Below are positions 12,488-25,218 of a stretch of 64,000 nt of DNA, in pieces; within the stretch, counting starts at the first letter, position 1; each line of letters starts with the position of its first letter. The DNA lies in contig OX597828.1 of assembly GCA_951406725.2 (NCBI GenBank), positions 11,470,001 to 11,534,000 on the forward strand, given 5' to 3'. The notes beneath the pieces are model-generated. The model did not search any database. It was given only the letters and a program-made list of their open reading frames with translations, and was not told where the DNA came from. The translations under genes were made by a program, and so were the position numbers. The DNA comes from Octopus vulgaris. Its lineage: Eukaryota.

Positions 12488-12800
12488 AGGTGAGTGGCTT
12501 AGTGGTTAGAGTACTTGGTTCTTGGTTGTAAGGTCAGATATGTAACATTACATTGCACCCTTGAGCAAGATACTTCATTTCACACGGCTCCAGTCCACTC
12601 AGATGGTGAAAATGAATGGCACCTATATTTCAAAGAACCAGCTGTGTCCTATTGTGCATCATACTGAATCTCCCTGAGAAATGCATTAAGGGTGCACACG
12701 TTTGTTGGAGTGCTCAGCCACTTGCATGTTAATTTCACAAGCAGGCTGTTCAGTTGATCGGATAAATTAGAGCACTTGTTGTAACCAATGGAGTGCCAGT
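12488..12800 (+). mobile_element. tRNA-derived SINE (family B variant)
   Basis: A-box tggcttagtggttagag, core cccttgagcaagatacttcatttcac...ctccagtccactcag. Reverse copy at 46350-46626. Confidence 0.75.
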
Positions 12801-12977
12801 ATTTGTGTTTGTTCCTGCAGCCACTTCTCAACTGGTATCGATTTGTATAAGCCTCTGCAACTTAGTGGTTCAGTAAAACAGAGTGACAGAATAAGTACCA
12901 AACTTGGGAAAACAAGCATAAAAAGAAAGACCTCAAGTTCTGCAGTCTATTTGTTTCACTTAAAACTCCCTCAAGCC

Positions 12978-13573
12978 AGTGGTGTGCAAGAGAAGTGACT
13001 GTGCTGGTATGGTCAAGTGTTGTGTATGGATGAGGACAGCTGTGTGGAAAAGTGTCACACCCTAGCAGTAGAGGGAACCTGCATAAGAGGTAGACCCACG
13101 AAGACCTGGGATGAGGTGGTGAAGCATGAGCTCTGAACGTTGGGCCTCACAGATGCAATGACAAGTGACCGAGACCTTTGGAAGTATGCTGTGCTTGAGA
13201 AGACCCAGCAAGCGAAGTGAGACAGTAACCGTGGCCTATGTCAGTACAGCATAACTCACCCATTTAAGAATACCCTTCAATCATTGGGCAATAAACTGCA
13301 TTTCCAAAGACCTATTGAGCACATATAAAGGTGGCACATATAAAGCACCATTCAAGCATGGCTGGTGCCAGTACCACCTGACTGGCCCTCATACTGGTGG
13401 CATGTAAAAAGCTTCCACTACATTCTTGAAGTAGTTGGCATTAAGAAGGGCATCCAGCTATAGAAACATTGCCAGAATAAATTGAAGCCTGGTGCAGCCT
13501 TCTGGCTTGCCAGCCCACAGTCAAACTGTCAGACCCATGCCAGCGGGCGTTAAATGATGATGATGATGATGAT
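12978..13573 (+). mobile_element. 5'-truncated RTE LINE, second copy
   Basis: Homologous to 8415-8660 (GVQEK*LCWYGQVLCMDEDSCVEKC...[14 protein letters not shown]), followed by the same tail ending gcgttaaat(gat)n. Confidence 0.88.
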
Positions 13574-13671
13574 ATATAAATATGTGTGTATGTATGTATA
13601 TATATATATATATATATACTTTGATACTTTGATAGGTTTCGGCCATTATTGGCCCAGGCCATGTCTAACTT

Positions 13672-13718
<47 letters not shown>

Positions 13719-13720
<2 letters not shown>

Positions 13721-13952
13721 GGAGTAAGCACATAGATGTGAAACAAGGTCGAAAAAGAGAGTACTCAAATAGCAGAGGTAGAGTAATATGCTTTATTTAA
13801 AAGCAGCAGAAATATAACAAAAGCTGTTACTCAGAGTTTCGCGTTCGCGTTCATTGGACAGTTTTGTTAAAATAAACTGTCCAACAAATGGGAACATGAA
13901 ACTCTGAGTAACAGCTTTTGTTATATTTCTGCTGATTTTAAATAAAGTATAT
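13719..13952 (-). mobile_element. Penelope-like fold-back element family H2 with two degenerate hammerhead motifs
   Basis: Inverted arms 13786-13864 and 13874-13952, 9-nt loop, (TA)n on both sides. Each arm reads actgt-CCAA(T/C)(G/A)A-short stem II-GAAA-ctctgag-TA-acagc. Confidence 0.75.
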
Positions 13953-13983
13953 ATATATATACAAAGAGAAGAGAGAGAGAGAA

Positions 13984-14031
<48 letters not shown>

Positions 14032-14734
14032 CATATATACATATGCATATATATATATATATATATACATACATATGTGCGTGTGTATATATATATATAT
14101 ATATATACATATATATACACATACACACATATGTACATATATATGTATATATATATATATATATATATGATTATACACACACATATGTATGAATGTATAT
14201 TTGTGTGTGTGTGTGTAAGGAAACAAAAGAAAATGTAAAAAAAAAACGATTTTTTTTTTTAGTTTTTACTTTTAATGAAACTTGAGAATAGATTAATTTA
14301 ATAAATAAACAAACCATTTCGAGTGTGTGCAATCAACTGTACTACTATACATGATTTCATATACACACACTAATGTACATAAATGCTTATTATCAAATAA
14401 GAAATTAGGGCTGAATAAGTATGAAGAAAGTTATTTTCCTCACTTTTGTCTTTTACACTTCAATTGTGTGAAAATGCCTAGAAAGCTATAAAAAATTGAA
14501 ATAAAGTAAACAGATGAAAACAACTTGGATATTATTTTTATTTCAATTGTTTTGCATGCATTTTTTTTTTTTATATTCTCTCCCCCAATTTTATATTTCT
14601 GAGTCGCGCCTCCCACGTCCAGTTGTAATATTTATTTTTTTTAGTTAAAAAAAAAAATGCAGGAGAATAATATGAAAACAAAAGAAACAAAAAAAAGTAT
14701 AAAAAGAAGCATTCCAGTTCATTCAAGCAAGGAT

Positions 14735-14773
<39 letters not shown>

Positions 14774-14990
14774 GCAGAGGGAAGTAGCAACAACAAAAAA
14801 AAAATATACATGGTAAGAGCACTCTTTGCAGGCATGCAGCAAGAATTAATGGCACAGACACATTCATGGTTATGCCTATGCAAAGAAAGAGAGAGAGAGA
14901 GAGAGAGAAAGAAAGCAAAAAGAGTATGGTGGTAGTGGTGGTGGTGGTGGTGGGTCCATATTTCTGATAACACGACTGGAACAATTTCAG

Positions 14991-15119
14991 ACATGATCAA
15001 AGAACAGGACAACAATATTAATATTAGCCAGCCAAACGAGAAGCAGCTCAGCCAGTGTTCCGCACCACAGAGGCACCATGCCTCATTTGGAAATATATAC
15101 AACACACCCACAGGCCCAT
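14991..15119 (+). CDS. Candidate internal coding exon of an unidentified gene
   Basis: Acceptor aatttcag|AC and donor ccat|GTATGT. 129 nt, symmetric phase 1, open frame (D)MIKEQDNNINISQPNEKQLSQCSAPQRHHASFGNIYNTPTGP. Non-repetitive island between microsatellites. No recognisable domain. Confidence 0.4.
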
Positions 15120-15240
15120 GTATGTGTGTAGAAAGTTATATGCGAAATATATAATATACATAACATACACATAATACGCACACACACACACGGATAATGT
15201 ATATAGATATATATAAAATATAGTTTATATACATGTATAT

Positions 15241-15274
<34 letters not shown>

Positions 15275-15433
15275 ATACACACTTGTATAGTTAAATATAA
15301 TTATATATTTATGTATTCATAAATACACACACACATATATACATGCACACATTTATGTTATATACATATAGTTACATCTACAAAGATACGTGTGTGTGTG
15401 TATTTATACACACACACATACACATATATATAT

Positions 15434-15490
<57 letters not shown>

Positions 15491-15812
15491 TGTGTATATA
15501 TATATATATATATATTTATGTATATATGATATGTATGTATATATATGTATACTCTTAACTTTCTGTTTTTAATTTAGAGCGAAATTTGACCAGCCACCTA
15601 CTTGGTAGCAAGGTTGTGAAAGAATGCATTCTTGTTTTGTTAATCATCCTTTGAATCTGAAGAAGGTCTTGCAGACTTTTATAGTCCCAGATAATGTGAG
15701 CATTTGTAGTGAATGAATTAAGGACTTGCCTTCTCTCTCCAAGAACCCAAGTTCAGCTATACTTTGCTCCAGATGAATTTGTGCATTTATGTAAGTCTGT
15801 CTGTATGTACAT

Positions 15813-15845
<33 letters not shown>

Positions 15846-15869
15846 CATTTATACACACATGCGTGTGAA

Positions 15870-16203
15870 GGCGCATGGCTCAGTGGTTAGAGCATCGGGC
15901 TTACAATCGTGAGGTTGTGAGCTCGAATCTCGGACCAGGCTACATGTTGTGTTCTTGAGCAAGACACTTTATTTCACGTTGCTCCAGTTCACTCAGCTGT
16001 AGAAATGAGTTGCGACGTCACAGGTGCCAAGCTGCATCGGCCCTTGCTTTTCCCTTGAATAACACTGGTGGCTTGGAGAGGGGAGACCGGTATGCATGGG
16101 TGACTGCTGGTCTTCCAGAGACAACCTTGCCAGGACTTGTGCCTGGGAGGGTAACTTTCTAGATGCAATCCCATTGTCAGTGTCGTGACCGAAGGGAGTC
16201 TCA
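15870..16203 (+). mobile_element. tRNA-derived SINE family B
   Basis: A-box tggctcagtggttagagc, B-box-like gagctcgaatctc, core ttcttgagcaagacactttatttcacgttgctccagttcactcagctg. Other copies at 54453, 62914, 63268. Confidence 0.9.
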
Positions 16204-17302
16204 GACACACACACACTCATTTATAGAGAAAATGATGAAAATAAGTAAATAAAAATTGCTTGGGCTGGATGTATAAAATATACATGCACATATACATGTA
16301 AATAGAGTGGAGCAAAGGCTAATAATATTCAGGTGATGAACATTCATGAGTAAGTATATAAATATTTATATTAACAGAGTAAGTTTACGCAGAATACACA
16401 AAAAACTAAGGGCTGAAGGAATGGTATTACAGGTCAAACGGCTGTTTCTAGAGGCTCAGAATTATGTCATAATGTTGGCAGATGTAGTACCTGAAAAAAA
16501 TTATGATATGCAACCAATAGTGTATGCATATAAATATTAGATAAATGTGACCTCCGTCTTCAGGATGGAGAGATAGGTATCCTTTATATTTATATATTTT
16601 TATAGACATATACAAATATGTATACATCTGACTCTATGTGTGTGAATGTGTGTGTGTATCTATCTCTGTGTTGGGAAGGGCATCCAGCCATAGAAACCAT
16701 GCCACAATGAACAGCTGGAGTCTAGAGAGGTCTCTGGCTGACCAACTCCAGTTAAACTGTTCAATAAATGCCAGCAGAGAAATTGAATTTCAAACGATGA
16801 TTATGATGATGATCTGTGTCTGTGTACTTGTAAATAAAAGTGTATAGATATATGCTTATATATATTGCAATGAAGCGATGAAAATAGAGCTGAATTTGTT
16901 GCAGCTTACAGAGGAGATGAAAAAGGAATGAGTAGATCGGCAATAGACAGTGTAAGAGACAGCAGCTCCAACATACAAATATAGTAAAACAGATGTTACA
17001 GTATTCCTTGACACAGAAGTCGAATTTTTCAAAGCAAAATTTACAGCAAAGAACGGAAGATCGAAACTTACACATCAAGCTGACTTTGGAGGACCAAAAA
17101 TTCCATGTGAAATGCAGTAGGATTTGAAATGATAGTGATGATGTTTGAATATTTACACTTCAAGTTTACACTATATACTAAAATGACTTGTGAGGCAGAA
17201 ATGATCGAAAATTCCCATAGATCTATGAAGGTATATACGTGCATGTGCTGGCGATTTTTTTTCCACTATCTTCCTTTTCTCTTGAACTTTCCTCAGTCTC
17301 GT

Positions 17303-17430
17303 GTTTCTCAAGAAGAGCTTTGCTCAAAATATAAAACTACCTTTCTTTTCTTCTCTGAGCATCTGTTAATACTTAATACTTTGCATGTACCACATACTTG
17401 CATTGATTGTTTTTTTTCTTGTGTCTTTTC
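17303..17430 (+). mobile_element. PLE-like relic with degenerate minimal hammerhead (family H3)
   Basis: gttt-CTCAAGA-a-gagc ttt gctc-AAAA-ta-TA-aaac (17303-17337). Stems I and II pair, core mutated. Confidence 0.55.
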
Positions 17431-17484
17431 CTCATTTAAAAAAAAAATTATATATATATATATATATATATGTATATGGTTTAA

Positions 17485-17615
17485 ATGTACAGAAAGCAAA
17501 AAACAGAGACAGGTGAGGGAACGACAAGCAAGTGGATTAGTTTGACACTTGAGAAAAATAGAAAAAGTCTTTGATATTTCAAGCTTATGCTCTTTGACGG
17601 AAAGGGATAAGAGGA
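17485..17615 (-). mobile_element. PLE-like relic with degenerate minimal hammerhead (family H3)
   Basis: Minus strand 17604-17569: cttt-CCGTCAA-a-gagc ataa gctt-GAAA-ta-TC-aaag. Tail homologous to 62030-62115. Confidence 0.55.
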
Positions 17616-17729
17616 AAAGAATACATCAGGAATATATATATATGTATATATATATGGGCAGGTATACTTAAATATATGCATGTGTATGTCTATGTGTATA
17701 TATTCAAAGATACATCAAAGATTACATCT

Positions 17730-18210
17730 TTGGGCATCTTGATAGTTTCTCTTCTCTCTTCATCTTTTGAGCCATCTCCACCTGCCTCTTCCAGAGCACA
17801 GTTGCCTTCGATAAGATGAGCTGCATTGATGCCTCAGAAACCAACATGATAGCTGATTTCAAGAAAGAATGAGTGATGGGAACTTTAACCCTTTCTCCAT
17901 GTTGACTTTCATCATTTAATCATGTGCCAAGGAAGTTGTATTGGGGTCTTTTGTTTGGTTACTCCCTATCCTAAATAAAAGTTATCTCCCAAGCTATAAT
18001 TTGGGTGATCCCTTTGGTGATTGCCTCAGCAAAAGTTTTGAGGACTTGGTCATGTCTCTTTTGTGCAATGTCTTTGAGTAATTGCTTAGGATGTGCTTGA
18101 AGGACCCTATCTTAATTCACAGTGGGCATGCTAAGGTGTTTCATTATGCTGTATGTAATTATGTTGGCAGGGTCGGGGAAGGCATCAGAAACATCCTGAA
18201 TCAAGAATGA
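17730..18210 (-). pseudogene. HERO/NeSL-like RLE non-LTR retrotransposon C-terminal relic
   Basis: Minus-strand translation LIQDVSDAFPDPAN...RHDQVLKTFAEAITKG...IMLVSEASMQLILSKATVLWKRQVEMAQKMKRE corresponds to the RHD motif and the RLE PD..ELTVPW..RKREKY region. Confidence 0.7.
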
Positions 18211-18211
18211 G

Positions 18212-18446
18212 TGTTATTTCTTTATTGCCCACAAGGGGCTAAACATAGAGGGGACAAACAAGGACAGACAAAGGGATTAAGTCGATTACATCGACCCCAG
18301 TGCATAACTGGTACTTAACTTATCGAGCCCGAAAGGATGAAAGGCAAAGTCGACCTCGGCGGAATTTGAACTGAGAACGTAACGGCAGACGAAATGCTGC
18401 TAAGCATTTCACCTGGTGTGCTAACGCTTCTGCCAGCTCGCCGCCT
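18212..18446 (-). mobile_element. tRNA-derived SINE family C (well preserved)
   Basis: Reverse reads ggcggcgagctggcagaagcgttagca...gttcaaattccgccgaggtcgactttgcctttcatcctttcggg...cccttgtgggcaataaagaaataa. Confidence 0.9.
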
Positions 18447-18456
18447 TCCTTCAAGA

Positions 18457-18493
<37 letters not shown>

Positions 18494-19336
18494 TTCAACT
18501 GTGCTGGTTCCCAACACCGACGAGAGGTATTTTATCTTTTTAATTGTCCTTCTATGTTAATTGTTTTGACGTCTCACTTCAACTCTTCTATGTGTGTATA
18601 TGACCTTAAACTTATAAATATATTCACATACTTAACATAGATACACATACACAAACATATATTTATGTGTGTGTGTGAACACATGCATGCACATGTGTGT
18701 GCACATAAATATTGATATTCTGTACCAACCTATAGAGCCCATAAGTAAAACATGATGATGTTTTCATTATTTGTAAAAAAAATAAGACCTGCAGCACTGC
18801 ACATTAAAAAGAAAGGGTTATAAAAACACCATCAATTGAAAAGCCGAAAAAAAAATTGACAACATTAAAAATGCTGCTTCAAATAAGTATCCACCCAACC
18901 CATACTGGTATGAATAAATAGATGTAAATAAAGGATTAAACAAGAGAATATACATATATATAAACATCTAAGTATGTTTACATATACATGTTATTTGTAT
19001 GAATGAGTGTGTGTATGCTTGCTTATGTTTTTATACGTAAATAAACTAAACCTCAAAAGTGTTGGACATAATAACTTCCCTCTGTTATGAGTGTACACTG
19101 ATAGGCAACAACAAAAACTGATTACTACTGCAGACAGATATCAAAGAGCATGGCAGAGAATGATGGAAAACAGTGTTAGTACGGAAATATGTAGGACTGC
19201 AATCAATTGTTATAACCAGATTTCGTTGCACCATATTCGACAACACAACAAACGTGCCTTCAGACTACTGCTATCTTCTCTCTGTGTCTCTGTCTCTCTC
19301 TTTTTTTTTTGCCACATTTTGTATGCTGTTCTTTAA

Positions 19337-19557
19337 CCCTTTCGCTACTGTATTTATTTTGCGATGTTCTGTGTTTCTCCCAATTATTTTAGATATAACA
19401 AAGAATTTAGTAAAGTAACTTAGTTATCATGAAGCTAGTGTTAGGAGCAGTATTTGTGACTAAGGTTTGGTGGAAGATTTTAATTAAAAACTTATGAAAA
19501 CAAGATATTTGTACTAAAGAGCCAGAGCCGGTTTCAGCCGGGTTGGTAATGAAAGGG
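19337..19557. mobile_element. piggyBac-type MITE
   Basis: TTAA|ccctttcgctac ... gtaatgaaaggg|TTAA: CCC/GGG termini with TTAA target duplications at 19333-19336 and 19558-19561. Confidence 0.85.
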
Positions 19558-20409
19558 TTAAGAAACAGAGTGAAAAGGGTTCAATTGGTACAGTGCCGTA
19601 CAGTATGGCACTTGTCCATCCACCCTTCCCCAGGGAAAAGAACAACATAAATGAAATGATGTGCCGTGATAGGAACTCCTAGGATATGAACTACCATTTT
19701 AGCACTTAGGCTGAAAGATATTCAGCTAGCTTTGTTAGGTGTTTTTTTTTTATTATTTTTATCCTTATGTTCCTCTTTTTGTTTTTGTTTTTGAAAGAGA
19801 CTGAAGCGAAACACTAATCCCCTGGACAGACGAATTGCAACAGAGATCACAGGACAGATTACCAACTGCAGATGAATAGTGAACAATGAACGCTGGATGA
19901 GGAAGAAGAAGAAAAAAAAAGCACACCAAAAAGGAAAAAGAAACCAAAAAAAAAAAAAAAGACGATATTGAATATTTATTTGATCACAGATCAAAGTGGC
20001 TGAACAAGCTGAACAAGTATTCAGTGGACAAGAGAGATGGACAAGTGATCACCAGATGAGAAGATATGGGCATTGATCAATGTTACAAAGAGCTGAACAG
20101 TTATGACAGTAGAGGAAGGGGGGAAAATAAAAAAGAAAAAAAGGAAGAGGTTTGGGTGAGGTGGAATTAAATATGCTTTGGTATGCAGGATTTGCTTTTT
20201 GCTATTTTGTCGAAATTCTTTGGCTTTAGATTAAGCTGATTTTCGATAATCACAAGAGCAGAAAATGATTTTTAGTAATCAATGATAATAGCTTATAGCG
20301 GTAGGGATCTGAATAATGAAACAAGAGGAAAAAGAAAAAAACTTTTAATTCAGTTTTCTGGTCACACCATGGCCATTGATAGAGTTTTTGGAGCCGAAAG
20401 AATGAAAAT

Positions 20410-20411
<2 letters not shown>

Positions 20412-20443
<32 letters not shown>

Positions 20444-20454
20444 TTAACAACAAC

Positions 20455-20486
<32 letters not shown>

Positions 20487-20593
20487 TGATAATGATAATA
20501 ATAATAATAATGATAATAATGATAATAAAAATAATAATAATAGTAATAATAACAACAACAACAACAACAACAATAATAATAATAACAATAATG

Positions 20594-20658
<65 letters not shown>

Positions 20659-20670
20659 AATAATAATAAT
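20412..20670. repeat. Compound trinucleotide microsatellite (AAT/AAC/GAT)n
   Basis: Directly visible. Source of the poly-I/L/H/M ORFs. Confidence 0.95.
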
Positions 20671-21119
20671 AAAAACAAAAGATAGACATAAACAATAACA
20701 AAAAATAATAATCTTAATAAACAAACTGAATTTCTGTTTTAAAAGAATAAAATATGAAGAGTAATTTCTTCCAATTGACCCGAATATAAAAGATGTATTG
20801 TGGTGGTGGTGGTGGTGGTGGTGGTAATGACAGCGATGGCAGAGGTAGTGGTTGCCGTAGGGGTATTTGTGGTATTGATAGTGGTGTTGGTGTTGGTGTT
20901 AGTGGTGGTCGTCAAATTGCTGCTACCGCTGATGATGAAAATGACTATTATGATTGTTATTTTCTAAACTAATATAGCTCTTAAAAACTGAACAGCTGAA
21001 ACACAACACACAGAGAAATAAAAAAAACAAAAAAAACATACACCATATCAGTGTGGAATTCTTGACTTGCTTTCAGCTGTTCGAATGTGGCCATGTTTGG
21101 CAAGGCCTTCCATTAACTA

Positions 21120-21485
21120 ACCATGTGGGAAGGGGGGGGCACTTATGTTGTAAAAACTTAACAGCTAGATCTTGAAAAGACCAAATTCTATCATCTTAAA
21201 AGAAAAGCTACTACAAGACTTTCAGGTGGTGTGGTGATTTGTGTTCCGCAATGGGCCTGGAAGATATGCTAGCAAAGTGCAAGCCCCCTATGCTGAGTAG
21301 GTCAAAAAAGAGAGGATGAAAATAGGTCTCTGTATGGCCAACATCCCCGTGTAGAAAAAGGCAAAGTTACAAAGATCTTGATGACAATTCAAAACCAGCA
21401 AAACCTATGGGAGGGAGATAGCCCTCAAATTGAGAACGGTGGAGAAAAGCACTCCATGCTCTATAGGGACTGAAGGGCTTAAACA
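21120..21485 (+). mobile_element. Possible internally deleted RTE-like element
   Basis: RTE 5'UTR-like motif (ggccaacatccccgtgtagaaaa...gttac) joined to an RTE-like 3' end (gagaacggtggagaaaa...ccatgctctatagggactgaagggcttaa). Confidence 0.35.
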
Positions 21486-22034
21486 AAAAAATAAAAGAAA
21501 TCATCTTAAAAAAACAAGAGCAAACATTAGATAAAGAAGTTCTAGATAGACAGTGCATGACAAAAAAAGGGAAAAAATAATAAAAATGGATGGTCATAGC
21601 TTGATTGCCTTTGAAGAAGGAGTCTGTTCACTTGGGGCTGATGTGGAGCTGAATATAAACTGATGCAGTGAGCAGGAATACGATAGTTGTGCTAAACCAT
21701 TCACTCAGGATAAACAAGGGAATATTTCCCCAATTCCAGTTGGATATGAAAACCAATCAATTACCAAGGAATATTCTTAGACAAGTCAATAGATAAAAGA
21801 ACAGAGAGCAAATATCAATTAATACTAGGAACAGGAAGCATAAGAATCACAGCTAACATACTTCCAGCATAATGTAATGTTGACCTTTACAAGTTCTAAC
21901 AGAAGTTGGAAGATGATTTTTTTTATGCAATACAAGAAAGAAATATAAATAAAAGAACACATACACACAGTATTTGGACTTGCTAAAAGGGTTGTGGGAT
22001 ATGAAAACAAGGAAAAAAAAAGCAGTGATAAAGA

Positions 22035-22271
22035 AAACCAAAGCTGAAATTCAAAGTGAATCACAGTTGGTTTTGGCTAGCCTTCAGGAAGAGGACTTCC
22101 ATAGTTCTTCTGAGGTACAGAAGAGATGCTGGGGTTGCTGTGTACATCTCAAGGGGACTATTTCAAAGTGGATGGCATCCAAATAAAAATAATATGTCAA
22201 GTATCTTATTTACGAGAGTACTGGTATACTATTTCAAGTCTGGTCCAGAAAATTTCTGATACCTTCTTGTA
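22035..22271 (+). mobile_element. Mariner 3' end relic
   Basis: EIQSESQLVLASLQEEDFHSSSEVQKRCWGCCVH..QGDYFKVDG resembles the mariner transposase C-terminus. Ends in TIR-like gtccagaaaatttctgataccttcttg|ta. Confidence 0.7.
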
Positions 22272-22309
22272 CACACACACACAAACACATATGTGTGTGT
22301 GTGTGTGTG

Positions 22310-22345
<36 letters not shown>

Positions 22346-22416
22346 CATCATTATCGTTTAACATTTGTTTTCCATGCTGGCATGGATGGGACTGTTTGAC
22401 TGTGGTCTGGGGAGCC

Positions 22417-22745
22417 ACAGAAAGCACTTATCATTATGACGGACAAGGGAGGCAAGCTCCCTATATCCGGGGCATAGCCAGATCACCAATGATTTCACAT
22501 TTGATTAATGCCCATCAGGAGCACTTACCCAGCCTAAGGTTAAGCTCGTTAGCCTCATCAGTTTATAAGATTACCATAGAAACCACTTACTGATTTCAAA
22601 AATGGTAAAAGTGGAAATTGTAAATAGGAAAGGTGGCTTATTCTTAATTTACAACCAATCAAATGCAAAATCACAGGTGATCTGGTTATGCCCCGGATGT
22701 ATAGAGCTTGTCTTCCTTGTCAGCCTTAAGATAAGTGCTTTCTGT
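22417..22745. mobile_element. MITE with ~85-bp imperfect terminal inverted repeats
   Basis: acagaaagcacttatc...atccggggcatagccagatcacc...tttgatt versus aatcaaa...ggtgatctggttatgccccggat...gataagtgctttctgt. Confidence 0.8.
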
Positions 22746-22917
22746 CTGCTATGAGTTGTTTTGGCTCTCATTTCTAGTAATACTGTTGCTGACTAATGCC
22801 CTTAGTTATGTTGCAGACGCTAAACAATGATGATATATATATATATAAATTTAAAATTGGATATCTACTTCTAGCATAAAGGTTGTCCACATAGTGGTCA
22901 TCCCTCTCATATATATG

Positions 22918-22952
<35 letters not shown>

Positions 22953-23787
22953 CACACATATATATACACATACGCACATATATAGTCATATACATGTGGT
23001 GTGTGTGTGTGTGTGTAGTAACAAAGCTTATGGATTATTTGTAAAAGATAAACTTAAATGTAAATCTGAAGATAGAGCCTTACATAACAGCTTGCAGTGT
23101 GTGGTTTATTTATGACTTTGGGTAAAAACAACTGAAATAACCAAGTCTATAACTTATTATTAGAACACACACACATCAGATTATTGTTTTAAAGGAAACT
23201 ACATAAATATTTATAAGTACATTAGCTCCGAATTATTGACATCAATAATGCAGACAAAATGGTGAAAGATTTTCATCTATCCTTACTTCAGTTTCACAGT
23301 CAATGATAGTAAGTCTATGTGTGCATGCATGTGTGTGTGCATGTGTGTATGTGTGTTTTGTATTAAAAGCACAGCTATGTTCTAGTTTCATCTGTTTTTT
23401 TAAGGTATTTTTGGTATTTTTGTATGAATTCTCTGCAGTTCATTTGGAACAATAAAGTGTCTAAATCCATCACCAGCATTTCCAGACTTTCACAGACTCA
23501 TCTTCAGGATATGAAGTATTTCAGTCACTTTTAAAGTAGGCAAATATGTTTTAGGTAGACATTACAATGAGAACTTTGAATTTAGTCATTGACTTAAAAT
23601 GCCAGGAGACCCTTGTTTATTTTGTTTGTCATACATTTATACTTTCTTCATATTACCTTTACACTGTATTATAGAAAATGCTACAATCCTTGATCCTCTA
23701 ATTTGGGGAAATCTATATGGTATGAATGCATTGTGAGCTTGTTTTCCTATCACTCTTTCTCTGTGTGTGTGTGTGTGTGTGTGTGTA

Positions 23788-24045
23788 TAAGGGTGAGTCA
23801 AAAAGTAATGCCATTTTGTTTAGGACAGGTATAATTACCAACACAGGAACATATATCATGCATCAAAATGAAGCTGGCACTCTGTGGATCATATCCCTAC
23901 TTCTCAACGTGGTTACCATTTCTTTTTATAGCAATGTTCCCCCTTCAAATGAGAGTATGTATCCCTGCCCCGTAAAAATTCTGTTGGCTGTTCTTTGAGC
24001 CACTTCTTCACTACAGTTTTCACTTCCTCATCACTGGAATAATTT
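23788..24045 (-). mobile_element. Mariner 3' end relic
   Basis: TIR-like taagggtgagtcaaaaagtaatg. Minus-strand YSSDEEVKTVVKKWLKEQPTEF is a mariner C-terminal motif. Confidence 0.75.
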
Positions 24046-24454
24046 AGCGCCTTCAGACTATCATCTCTTCATGCTAACATGAAAAAACACTGATGTAAAG
24101 TGAAATAGACAAATGAACAGATGACCAGACAGGTACATGGATATCATTATCATCTGAACATCTATTTTTCCATGCTTGCAATGGCCAGACAAGGTTAGCG
24201 TGTGCACCTAGTCCACACTCTAGAATCACTGGAGGTGGGGGTGGAAATAACGAACAGTGATTAAAAGAAAAAGAAAGAATATTATGACAAAGGCCTCATA
24301 GAATGGTGGGATATATTCTTACCTGCTCAATCCATGCTACGGGCATAAAATAATTAGTGTAAAGACATGCACAATTAATCATGGTGCCTCTGCATGACCA
24401 CAAACTTTTATCTTTACTTTCATATATACTTCCTATGTTAGAAGTTGATTTATA

Positions 24455-24533
<79 letters not shown>

Positions 24534-25218
24534 TATATATAAAATTAATACTTATATATATATGCATATATATAAAATTAATAATTATATAATATATATA
24601 TATAAATTATCTATAAGGTTTTATTTCATGCTGACTACTCGATATAATCATTAACATGATTTTATCCTTCAATTCTATATATATAAAAATATATATACAC
24701 ATATATATATATATACATATATATTATATATACACATATATATGCATATATTCACATACACATGCATATATATATGTATATATATATATATATATACACA
24801 CACACATAAAATTAGCTCATTTTCAACCCTTTATTGTTATTCTTATTTTTCTGATACCCACACACATTATAAATGCATATATGTACATTCCATATAGGTG
24901 CGTGTGTGTGTGTGTGTGTGTGTGCTACATATATATATATTTGTTTCATTTAAAGAAAAATGAGAACATTTGTAAAACTGAGACTATTTGAAAGCAAAAG
25001 TAAATGATGGTTACCTGCATTGGAACTCGGATTGTTGATTTGATTCTCTCACCAGTCTCTGTTTCTTCCTCAATATCTACTTCATCCCATTTCTTAGAAG
25101 AAAATAAGAAAAAACAACCATATAATAATAAAAATAATGACGATAATAATGATAATAATGATGATAATAATAATAATAATAATGATGATAATAATAATAA
25201 TAATAATAATAATAATAT

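Noticed and set aside
15870-15945. tRNA gene
   Set aside because: A/B boxes are present, but the sequence continues into a multi-copy SINE body and forms no proper cloverleaf.
19091-19336. 81-aa ORF in unique sequence
   Set aside because: GTG start, no splice signals and no recognisable domain.
20250-20724. Poly-L/I/H/M ORFs resembling membrane or His-rich proteins
   Set aside because: Trinucleotide microsatellite.
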